Shown in pieces: positions 56,271 to 64,000 of a stretch of DNA of 64,000 nucleotides (position 1 is the stretch's first letter; each line of letters opens with the position of its first letter). Location: assembly GCA_902576045.1 (NCBI GenBank), contig CACGTU010000005.1, positions 6,507 through 70,506 of the forward strand, written 5' to 3'. This DNA is from an uncultured Pelagibacteraceae bacterium (lineage in GTDB: Bacteria > Pseudomonadota > Alphaproteobacteria > Pelagibacterales > Pelagibacteraceae). Made by a program: the position numbers and the translations under genes. The notes below the pieces were generated by a model, which worked only from the letters and a program-made list of their open reading frames with translations, had not been told where the DNA came from and made no database searches.

Positions 56271-58379
56271 TTAGTTTCCTAATCCTACTAAAGTTAAGTC
56301 ATCACTAAGGTTTTTCTCCCCCGCGACTTTAATTACCTCAGATGTTACATCCTTGAGTTGTTTTTTTAAATCATTATTAAAATTATTTTCTATAATCTTA
56401 ATGGAGCCCTCGACACCTATTTCATCCCCGTTTTTATCTAAACTTTCTGATAATCCATCTGTAAATATGTAAAATCTTGAGGAGCTTAATTTAGTTCTTT
56501 CTAATTTATAAACACTTTTATCTTTATGTTTTATAACCCCTAAAGGTGTTGAGCTTGAAGTATACTCAGAATATTTTCCATCTTGAGTTCTTATTAATGC
56601 TGGTTGATGTCCTGCATTAACCCATCTTATTTCTTCACTTACTAAATCATATTCACCTAAAATACATGTCACAAACATTCCAGCCGTTTTAGTTTGATAC
56701 AAATCGTTATTCATATGAAACATCATTTCATCTGGATCAACTTTGTCCTTTGACATTATTTCAAATAATGTAGAAGCTTTTGCCATTACCATGCCTGCAT
56801 GTATTCCCTTTCCAGCAACATCTGCAATAATAAAATAAATACTTTCGTTATGAGGGTAAAAACTATAAAAATCTCCTGAGACTTCTCTTGCAGGAATGTT
56901 AATACCACTTACAGGAAAATTATTTAAATTTCTTTTTGGTAAAAAGTTTTCTTGAACTTTGACTGCCAAATTTACTTCTTTTGAAATTCGCTCTCGCCAT
57001 TTATTTTTTTCGGTCTCGCTAGACTCTAACTTGCTCATAAGTTTATTGTAATATAATCCAATCACACCACCTGCTGTGAATGGATCTTGAGGACCTCTAA
57101 TTTTTAAATCACCGGATTTTGATTGTTTGTCTAAAATTGCAATTAAGTCGTGTTCAACAGATACCGCTCCATGCTCTGCAATATTTAATCCTAACTCTTC
57201 ATGTATTGGGCTTACTCTCAAAGGATAAAAATAATTTACAACTTTAAAAAATACAAATGATGAAACAAACGAAAAGAAACCTATTGCACTAATACCAATT
57301 AGTTGAGCTTTGATCTGTTCTATTCTTGATAAACCTGTACCTAAAATTTCTAAATTAGAAAAAATCCCAACAGCAAGTGTTCCCCATACTCCTGCAGCTA
57401 AATGCACTGGTACTGCTCCAACAACATCATCTATTTCTTTTTTATTTAATAACTCATGAACAATAATTGCAATAATCGTCCCAATAATTCCAATTAAAAT
57501 CGCTAAAAGAGAATTTACAGAATTGCATGCTGCAGTTATAGATACCAATCCCGCTAAAGGTCCAAGGACAACATAAAAAGGATCTGGTTTTTTAAATAGT
57601 ACAAAAGATATCAATAAACTCGTTAACAATCCAAAAGCAGCAGCAAGAAATGTGTTAATCAATATCAATGGAACAGCCTCATCCATTGCACCATTGCTTC
57701 CTCCATTAAATCCAAACCATCCAAACCAAAGAATTAAAGTTCCAAGAACAGCAAGTGGAAAGCTTGAACCTGTAAATTTACCTTTATTTGCCTCTGAATA
57801 TTTACCAATTCTAGGCCCTAAAATTAAAACGCCTGATAGAGCTATCCAGCCTCCAACGGAGTGAACAATTGTGCTTCCGGCAAAATCTACAAAACCTAAG
57901 GCTGCAAGCCATCCTTTATTCATAGCCTCCCCTAAATAACTTGAGGACCATGCCCAATGACCTACAATTGGATAAATTATTCCAGTAGCAAATACGGTCA
58001 TTATTAAATAGCCGACAAATTTTAGTCGTTCAGCAACAGCACCAGATATGATAGTTGCTGCAGTTGCAACGAACATTGCTTGGAATACAAAATAAGTTTG
58101 GAATTCTGGAATATCAGTTGCAAAAAAGAATAAATCTGTTCCGAATAAACCGTTGAAGCTTTTACCAAACATCAAGCCAAAGCCAAAAAGCCAAAAGACT
58201 ACAACGGATACACCAAAATCAGCTGCATTTTTCAATGCAACATTAATACTATTTTTGTGTCTTGATAAACCACTCTCAACACACATAAAACCAGCCTGCA
58301 TGATAAATACAAGAATTGCACAATCAATTACCCAAAGGGTATCTATAAATGATTTTACATCACCCACATTTATTTCCAT
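56271..58379 (-). CDS. Ammonium transporter-HAMP-like linker-SpoIIE/PP2C phosphatase fusion (paralogue A)
   Basis: Amt motifs DFAGSTIVH, WFGWFGFNGGS, AVPVH; PP2C motifs GDFY, ADVAGKG, NAGH, TDG, SDDLT. Confidence 0.92.
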   Translation of the reverse strand: MEINVGDVKSFIDTLWVIDCAILVFIMQAGFMCVESGLSRHKNSINVALKNAADFGVSVVVFWLFGFGLMFGKSFNGLFGTDLFFFATDIPEFQTYFVFQAMFVATAATIISGAVAERLKFVGYLIMTVFATGIIYPIVGHWAWSSSYLGEAMNKGWLAALGFVDFAGSTIVHSVGGWIALSGVLILGPRIGKYSEANKGKFTGSSFPLAVLGTLILWFGWFGFNGGSNGAMDEAVPLILINTFLAAAFGLLTSLLISFVLFKKPDPFYVVLGPLAGLVSITAACNSVNSLLAILIGIIGTIIAIIVHELLNKKEIDDVVGAVPVHLAAGVWGTLAVGIFSNLEILGTGLSRIEQIKAQLIGISAIGFFSFVSSFVFFKVVNYFYPLRVSPIHEELGLNIAEHGAVSVEHDLIAILDKQSKSGDLKIRGPQDPFTAGGVIGLYYNKLMSKLESSETEKNKWRERISKEVNLAVKVQENFLPKRNLNNFPVSGINIPAREVSGDFYSFYPHNESIYFIIADVAGKGIHAGMVMAKASTLFEIMSKDKVDPDEMMFHMNNDLYQTKTAGMFVTCILGEYDLVSEEIRWVNAGHQPALIRTQDGKYSEYTSSSTPLGVIKHKDKSVYKLERTKLSSSRFYIFTDGLSESLDKNGDEIGVEGSIKIIENNFNNDLKKQLKDVTSEVIKVAGEKNLSDDLTLVGLGN

Positions 58380-58388
58380 TAATGTAGT

Positions 58389-58631
58389 TTAATCTCTTTT
58401 TTTCCAAATATAGAAAAAAAAATAAGGTGCTATGGCAGGCACGATACCAAACCAAAACCACTCATCCCAACGAAAGCTTTTATCAACAGCAAAGCTTTTT
58501 AGTCCATTCCACCAAGTTAAATAGCCAATTAAAATTATCCAAGCTAAACTTATGGTTGTAAAAATTTTTTGGTTTTGGGTAAGATCTCCACTAAAAATTT
58601 TAATAATAAAATTTTTAATATCTTGGTACAT
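58389..58631 (-). CDS. Small two-TM Trp-rich membrane protein
   Basis: 80 aa, two hydrophobic segments, 9-11 nt spacing to pilin and Amt fusion. Confidence 0.65.
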   Translation of the reverse strand: MYQDIKNFIIKIFSGDLTQNQKIFTTISLAWIILIGYLTWWNGLKSFAVDKSFRWDEWFWFGIVPAIAPYFFFYIWKKRD

Positions 58632-58642
58632 TTAAGATATTT

Positions 58643-59077
58643 TTAACAATTAGTTCTAGTTATTGACTGTGTATTACCGGTCAACTTAATTTCACAAGTA
58701 CCGTCTGTTTCTTTAGCAATTAGAAAATAAAGTGCTGAACTATTTTGTACAGCACAAACGTTAAATCCAACTTCTGTTGCGAATAATTCAGCCTTATCCA
58801 CTAATGCATCCTCGACAGCATCTGAAGTAGAAGCGCTTGGTGTACAAGTTGATCCTGATGTACCGTAATAAGTAGAGTTGTCTGAATAATATTCTGTTTG
58901 CCCCAATGATAATTGCATTAATGCATTTTCTACTGATTTTTGCTTTGTAGAGGATACATAGCCGTTGTAAGCAACAATACCAACGGCTGCCAAAATTCCT
59001 ATTATAGCAACCACAACTAGGAGTTCGATTAATGTAAATCCCGAACTCCTAGATATTGATTTTTTTTTTTTATTCAA
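58643..59077 (-). CDS. Type IV pilin (PilE-like)
   Basis: SG/FTLIELLVVVAIIGILAAV prepilin motif, QTEYY, four Cys. Confidence 0.88.
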   Translation of the reverse strand: MNKKKKSISRSSGFTLIELLVVVAIIGILAAVGIVAYNGYVSSTKQKSVENALMQLSLGQTEYYSDNSTYYGTSGSTCTPSASTSDAVEDALVDKAELFATEVGFNVCAVQNSSALYFLIAKETDGTCEIKLTGNTQSITRTNC

Positions 59078-59549
59078 TGTTAATGATGTTAGTAACTAAG
59101 TCAGCGGTGTCGTTACTGCCACAAGTAGTAATTGTTACTTTATTACTACCTGCTGTAGTACCTTTCGTGTGGTCGACTACAGTATCACCCTGAGTGGCAT
59201 CACTACATGCAGTCATAGCAGTTCCGTCGATAAGAGCCTCTTCCTTATCATATGGATTTTTAAATTCTCCCGCCATCATGGCTACTACAGCTTTATCAAC
59301 TTCACCAGCGGTATATCTGTTTGTACAAGTTAACTGTTCACCAAATGCTTTCTGATCACCTAAATCACATTTCTTTAGTTCGCCAGCTACAAGCTTAACA
59401 ATTTGAGCTTGGTGAGATTTTGCAGCTGATTTTTTTGCTCCTCCAACATAACCAGAATATGCAACAACACCAACAGCAGCTAGGATACCTATAATCGCTA
59501 CTACAACTAATAGCTCAATAAGCGTAAATCCTTTTTGTTTTTTCTTCAT
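59070..59549 (-). CDS. pilA: Type IV pilin, probable major pilin
   Basis: KG/FTLIELLVVVAIIGILAAV, KNPY, four Cys; AAGGA RBS. Confidence 0.85.
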   Translation of the reverse strand: MKKKQKGFTLIELLVVVAIIGILAAVGVVAYSGYVGGAKKSAAKSHQAQIVKLVAGELKKCDLGDQKAFGEQLTCTNRYTAGEVDKAVVAMMAGEFKNPYDKEEALIDGTAMTACSDATQGDTVVDHTKGTTAGSNKVTITTCGSNDTADLVTNIINIE

Positions 59550-59702
59550 TATAATGTTCCTTTTTATTTATTAATAAACTTTAGAATGAATACATATTTT
59601 TAGATTATGCTCAAATATGCAAGTGTTAAAAATGGGTCATTTATGCGATGAATTGCTTGATTTTAATTAAAATTTAATAAATATTCATGATATAACCATC
59701 CA

Positions 59703-60002
59703 ATGTCTTACAAAATATCAGAAGAGGGAAATGTAGCTACTGTTCATCTTGACGGTGAAATAGATATGGATGTGACTGAAAAAGCAAAAGAAGTAATTAT
59801 GCCTCTTATTGAGGCTGGTAAAGAGGTTCATCTAAATCTTAAAGAAGTACAATACATGGATTCTTCTGGGATATCTGTTCTAATCGAAAGTCATCAAAAG
59901 GCAGCTGAACTTGGAACCAAAGTAATTTTAAAAGAAATAAGTAAATCAGTTCTTAAGGTAATTATGATGGCTAAATTAGAACAAATATTAATTATTGAGT
60001 GA
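59703..60002 (+). CDS. STAS-domain anti-anti-sigma factor (RsbV/SpoIIAA-like)
   Basis: LDGEID, VQYMDSSGISVL with the phosphoacceptor Ser. Confidence 0.88.
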   Translation: MSYKISEEGNVATVHLDGEIDMDVTEKAKEVIMPLIEAGKEVHLNLKEVQYMDSSGISVLIESHQKAAELGTKVILKEISKSVLKVIMMAKLEQILIIE

Positions 60003-60412
60003 TGACATTTGAAGAGCATAAAGAATTTCCTGTAGACTCTTCAAGTTTAAAAGATGTTAGAAGCTTTGCACGTGAAGTTTTAGCAAAAGACCCATTATTT
60101 AAAACTACTAGTGACGATGTAGTATTAGCTTTAGCTGAAGCTGCGCAAAATATTGTAAAACATGCATACAATGGTCAACCGACAGGTGATACAATGAGAG
60201 TTGAATTAAGTTTTAAAGATAATCAGCTAGTTATTGATTTATACGACAAAGGTAAACCAGCAATTCCTCAAAATATAAAACCACGAGCAGTCGATGATAT
60301 TAAGCCAGGAGGACTAGGAACATTTTTTATTGGTCAAATTATGGATGAGGTAACTTTTAAAACGTCCGCATCGGATTGGGTTAATCATCTAATTATGACA
60401 AAAAATTATTAA
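60002..60412 (+). CDS. RsbW/SpoIIAB-like serine kinase (HATPase_c_2)
   Basis: N-box EAAQNIVKHAY, DKG, GGLG; TGATG coupling to STAS gene. Confidence 0.88.
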   Translation: MTFEEHKEFPVDSSSLKDVRSFAREVLAKDPLFKTTSDDVVLALAEAAQNIVKHAYNGQPTGDTMRVELSFKDNQLVIDLYDKGKPAIPQNIKPRAVDDIKPGGLGTFFIGQIMDEVTFKTSASDWVNHLIMTKNY

Positions 60413-60413
60413 T

Positions 60414-61655
60414 TTATTGACCCATTAATGCACCAACGTTAAAGATTGGTGAGTACATGGCGATCATTAGTCCACCAATCATTGTTCCCATAAAAACAAT
60501 CATAATTGGTTCTATTAAACTAGACATGTTATCTACAGCTGTATCAAATTCTTCCTCATAATACATTGAAACAGAAGTAAACATTTCATCAAGATTACCA
60601 GTTTGTTCTCCAACTGAAACTAATTGACTAAATGTTGGAGGAAAAGTTGGTTCTTTCAAAAATAATTTTGTAAGCGTATCCCCAGAGAAAACTCCTTTTT
60701 TTACATTTTCAAGTGCTTGTGTGACCACATCATTATTGCTTACTTGTTTTGCTATCTCAATACTTTCTAATAAATTTACTCCAGCTGCACTAAGGTTACC
60801 CATAATTAAAGAAACTCTTGCAATTAGAGATTTTAAAATCATATCACCAAAGACAGGCATTTTTAACATTCTCCCATGCCATTTATATCTTATTGCTGGA
60901 ACTTTTGTTGTAAGATATCTAAAAACTATAAATCCAATTACAGTTGTTAAAAGTAAAACCATTCCCCCCGTTCCACGCATAAAATTACTTGCATTCATTA
61001 TTACTTGTGTAGGAGTAGGCAATCCAACACCCATGCCTTCATACATTTCAGCAAATATAGGTACAACTTTTACTAACATGAAAACCATGACTGTAATTGC
61101 TACTGTAAACATTACAGCGGGATACATCAAAGCACCTTTAATTTTCTTTTTTACTTTTTCTCTCTTCTCTAAAGAGTCTACAAGTTTGAGCAAAAAAACA
61201 TCTAACTTACCACTAGCTTCACCAGCTTTGATTAAGTTAATATATACATTATCAAATACTTTTGGGTATTTTTCAAAACACTTAGATAAAGTTAATCCTC
61301 CTTCAAGATTTTTTCTAACATCTTCAACTATTATTTTAACCTCTGGATGTTCTAATTGATCTCTCAACATCGAGAGAGTTTGAAGAATTGGAAGTCCTGC
61401 TTTTACCATTGTTGCAAATTGCTTTGAAAATATAACTATATCTTCTGGTTTTATTTTCTTTTTAAATAGGCTAAAGCTACTCCCGCCACTTTTCTTTTTC
61501 TCTGCTGCTTTTTTCTTAGTTCTGATGAGTTTTGTTATGATAATTTTTTGATCTTTTAATTTAAACGATGCTTCCTCTTGACTTAGGGCATCAATAGTAC
61601 CTTCAACATATTTTCCTGCTGAAATACCTTTATAACTGTAAGTTTCTGATGACAT
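60414..61655 (-). CDS. pilC: Type IV pilus platform protein
   Basis: Two T2SSF domains, KQFATMVKAG, AGEASG, ALMYP, VGEQTG, LIEP. Confidence 0.92.
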   Translation of the reverse strand: MSSETYSYKGISAGKYVEGTIDALSQEEASFKLKDQKIIITKLIRTKKKAAEKKKSGGSSFSLFKKKIKPEDIVIFSKQFATMVKAGLPILQTLSMLRDQLEHPEVKIIVEDVRKNLEGGLTLSKCFEKYPKVFDNVYINLIKAGEASGKLDVFLLKLVDSLEKREKVKKKIKGALMYPAVMFTVAITVMVFMLVKVVPIFAEMYEGMGVGLPTPTQVIMNASNFMRGTGGMVLLLTTVIGFIVFRYLTTKVPAIRYKWHGRMLKMPVFGDMILKSLIARVSLIMGNLSAAGVNLLESIEIAKQVSNNDVVTQALENVKKGVFSGDTLTKLFLKEPTFPPTFSQLVSVGEQTGNLDEMFTSVSMYYEEEFDTAVDNMSSLIEPIMIVFMGTMIGGLMIAMYSPIFNVGALMGQ

Positions 61656-61660
61656 TTAAA

Positions 61661-63409
61661 TTAATCCATGCTGAGAACTCGATCAAATTCTCTGAAATTC
61701 AAGTCCCCACTTATAATCATTTCTCTACCCATATCTGACATTGTTCTAAATCCTTCATTTTTTGCAATTTCTTTCAATTCTGGAGTAGTTGCTTTTCTTA
61801 AGATAGCTTCTTTTACAGGTTTCGTAACATTCAATACTTCATAAATTCCCATACGACCTTTGTAACCACTGTCTTTACACTTTGGACATCCTTTACCTCT
61901 AAATGCTTTTGCTCTCGAGGCTTGCTCTGCAGTAAATCCAATTTCTTCTAAAACTTTAGGATTAACATCGGGATCTGGTTCTCTACATTCTGTACAATTT
62001 TTTCTCGCTAGTCTCTGTGCAAGAACAAGTGTACATGCAGCTGAAATTAAATAATCTGGGGTGCCCATATTTTGTAATCTAGTAATTGAACTTGGTGCAT
62101 CATTTGTGTGAAGTGTACTAAATACTAAGTGACCTGTTAATGCAGCTTTCAAACCAATATCAACAGTTTCTTTATCCCTCATCTCTCCAACTAGAATTAT
62201 TTCTGGGTCTTGTCTTAAAAAAGATCTTAAAGCCCTATTAAAGTCATAACCTATATCATCTTTTATTTGAACTTGTCCTACTCCATCTAATTCATATTCA
62301 ACAGGATCCTCTGCTGTTAAAATATTTAAGTGAGGTTTAGATACCTCTTTTAAAATACTATATAAAGTTGTAGTTTTTCCTGAACCAGTTGGGCCTGTAA
62401 CTAGTATTAATCCCTGAGTTCCATGAATAGCTTTTCTTAAATTTTTTAAATCAGTTTCCTCAAAGTTTAGTTGCTCTAAACTTATGTCACCAGCGTCTTT
62501 GTTAAGAATCCTCATAACAATTCTTTCATTAGTAGCTGTTGGTAATATTGAAAGTCGAAGGTCTACAACTTTTCCATCAATTTTAAATGGGATAGCACCG
62601 TCTTGTGGCAATCTTCTTTCTGCAATATCAAGTTTGCCCATAATTTTAAATCTTGTAACAACTGCTCCATAGTTTGAATGAAGAAATTTTGCAAAATGTT
62701 CTTGTTCCTGTAACATTCCATCTAATCTGTATCTTACTCTTGCACTAAATCTATAAGGTTCTATATGGATATCAGATACTCCTGCTTTAATTGCCTCTGC
62801 AACAACTGCTGTAGAAAATTTAATTACCTCAGACTCGTTTTCTAATGCTTCAATATCTTCTTCTGGTTTCTCATCCAAAACCTCTGCGTTCTCATCAACC
62901 TCATAATCAAAGGTTTGTATTTTTTCTTTATTTGCTTTTTGGATAGCTTCAATAGTTGTTTCACCTTCTTTAAGAAGTTTTTGAATGTAATCAGAAATTT
63001 GAGTTACTTTTGCAGCGTGTAACTCTATATCTTTTTTAGTAATAGTTTTTAAGTTTCTCATTAAACTTAATTTTGAACTATCAGAAATTGCTATATGAAG
63101 AGTTTTTCCTTCAATTTTAAATGGAGCGATAAAATTCATTCTTATGTAATTTGATGGTAGAACAGACCTAACATCATCTGGTATTTGCATATTGCTAAGA
63201 TCGACAACCTGAAGAGATTGTTCTTTGACTAAAAGATCTAAAATCTTATCTTCATCTGTTAATTTTAATTCAAATACTGCATCAAGTTGAGACTTTTCTC
63301 CCTCAGATGAAGCTTTTTTAATGTCAATTAAATCTTTTCCTGATATAATATCTTGATCAATTAAGATATTTATCAAATTAATTTCCGATTCTCTACTAAT
63401 ATCTATCAT
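61661..63409 (-). CDS. pilB: Type IV pilus extension ATPase
   Basis: SDIHIEP, RLPQDG, GPTGSGKTT, EDPVE, LRQDP, TGHLVFSTLHTN, CTEC/CPKC. Confidence 0.93.
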   Translation of the reverse strand: MIDISRESEINLINILIDQDIISGKDLIDIKKASSEGEKSQLDAVFELKLTDEDKILDLLVKEQSLQVVDLSNMQIPDDVRSVLPSNYIRMNFIAPFKIEGKTLHIAISDSSKLSLMRNLKTITKKDIELHAAKVTQISDYIQKLLKEGETTIEAIQKANKEKIQTFDYEVDENAEVLDEKPEEDIEALENESEVIKFSTAVVAEAIKAGVSDIHIEPYRFSARVRYRLDGMLQEQEHFAKFLHSNYGAVVTRFKIMGKLDIAERRLPQDGAIPFKIDGKVVDLRLSILPTATNERIVMRILNKDAGDISLEQLNFEETDLKNLRKAIHGTQGLILVTGPTGSGKTTTLYSILKEVSKPHLNILTAEDPVEYELDGVGQVQIKDDIGYDFNRALRSFLRQDPEIILVGEMRDKETVDIGLKAALTGHLVFSTLHTNDAPSSITRLQNMGTPDYLISAACTLVLAQRLARKNCTECREPDPDVNPKVLEEIGFTAEQASRAKAFRGKGCPKCKDSGYKGRMGIYEVLNVTKPVKEAILRKATTPELKEIAKNEGFRTMSDMGREMIISGDLNFREFDRVLSMD

Positions 63410-64000
63410 TATAAAATTCTTGGAGCTATAAACACCAACAATTCGTCTAGGTTATCAGAATTTGACTTACCTTTAAAGAGATTACCTATCACTGGGACAT
63501 TTCCTAACCCAGGAGTTTGACTTTTTGATTGAGCTATCACGTTTTTCTTAATTCCACCAATAACAACTATATCCCCATCTGCTACCAATAACTTAGTGAC
63601 TATCTCCATTTTGTTAATAGGAGGCTCATCAGACTCTGCCGCTCTATTTGGTGTATCATTATTTACTTTAATATTGAGTAGTACATTTCCATCTCCGATT
63701 ATGCTTGGTGTAACCTCTAATTTTAATGCTGCCTCTTTAAATGCTGTAGTAGTTGTTCCTTCAGAAGTGGTTTGATATGGAATTTCTTCACCTTGGGTGA
63801 CTGTTGCTGATTGATTGTCTATTGTAAATACTTTTGGATTTGAAATAGTTTTTCCTAACCCAAGACTCTCAAGTGCTGTAATTTCTGCTTTTAAAACTCC
63901 AGTTCCGGTTCTTCTTAAAATTCCAATTCCACTTGTTGCACCTGTCGCAGCAAAATCAGTAAGGCTATCTGATGCTGATCCTACATTAGCAACTGTGTTT
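63409..64000 (-). CDS. pilQ: Type IV pilus secretin, C-terminal part (5' truncated by window)
   Basis: Frame open to window end: ITALES, ISNPKVFT, QGEEIPYQ, LKLEVTP, PGLGNVPVIGNLFK, ELLVFIAPRI. Confidence 0.9.
   Translation of the reverse strand, partial: NTVANVGSASDSLTDFAATGATSGIGILRRTGTGVLKAEITALESLGLGKTISNPKVFTIDNQSATVTQGEEIPYQTTSEGTTTTAFKEAALKLEVTPSIIGDGNVLLNIKVNNDTPNRAAESDEPPINKMEIVTKLLVADGDIVVIGGIKKNVIAQSKSQTPGLGNVPVIGNLFKGKSNSDNLDELLVFIAPRIL

Noticed and set aside
53626-58379. Nucleotide similarity between the two amt fusions as a mobile repeat or misassembly
   Set aside because: The proteins are clearly diverged paralogues with distinct loops and termini.
59663-59677. TTAA-N7-TTAA CtrA-like box between pilA and STAS
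   Set aside because: Expected by chance in such AT-rich DNA; no supporting evidence.
60721-61359. 212-aa + strand ORF and the other short nested ORFs in the track (e.g. 1760-2014, 19990-20361, 34017-34331, 45611-45967)
   Set aside because: Antisense or off-frame shadows of well-supported genes, without motifs.
63409-63609. Stand-alone 66-aa ORF
   Set aside because: It is the C-terminus of PilQ; the frame continues to the window edge.

Overview
Very AT-rich, densely packed bacterial DNA with tiny intergenic spacers. Gene content and architecture are typical of SAR11/Pelagibacterales (inference, not a database match). Four blocks: (1) 0.6-4 kb fatty-acid beta-oxidation; (2) 4-34 kb osmolyte/betaine catabolism (PotABCD-like ABC system with ectoine eutA/doeA, gamma-butyrobetaine dioxygenase, carnitine cdhABC, TauD + PhnZ-like HD + betA, and an operon resembling the trigonelline tgn cluster); (3) 34-47 kb Liv-type ABC transporter, proC, rhtB, housekeeping genes and a passenger-less inverse autotransporter; (4) 47-64 kb type IVa pilus locus (pilY1, two pilins, pilC, pilB, pilQ) containing two tandem Amt-PP2C phosphatase fusions plus a STAS/RsbW pair. 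Two top candidates for an undescribed system: (a) a ~60-nt structured RNA present twice (26655-26715, 28166-28233), the second copy with an apparent translational ON-switch platform in front of the tgn-like operon, i.e. a candidate new riboswitch; (b) an apparent ammonium-sensing partner-switching circuit embedded in the pilus genes. I saw no tRNA, rRNA, CRISPR array, integrase or DNA-binding transcription factor. All family assignments come from motif recognition by eye.
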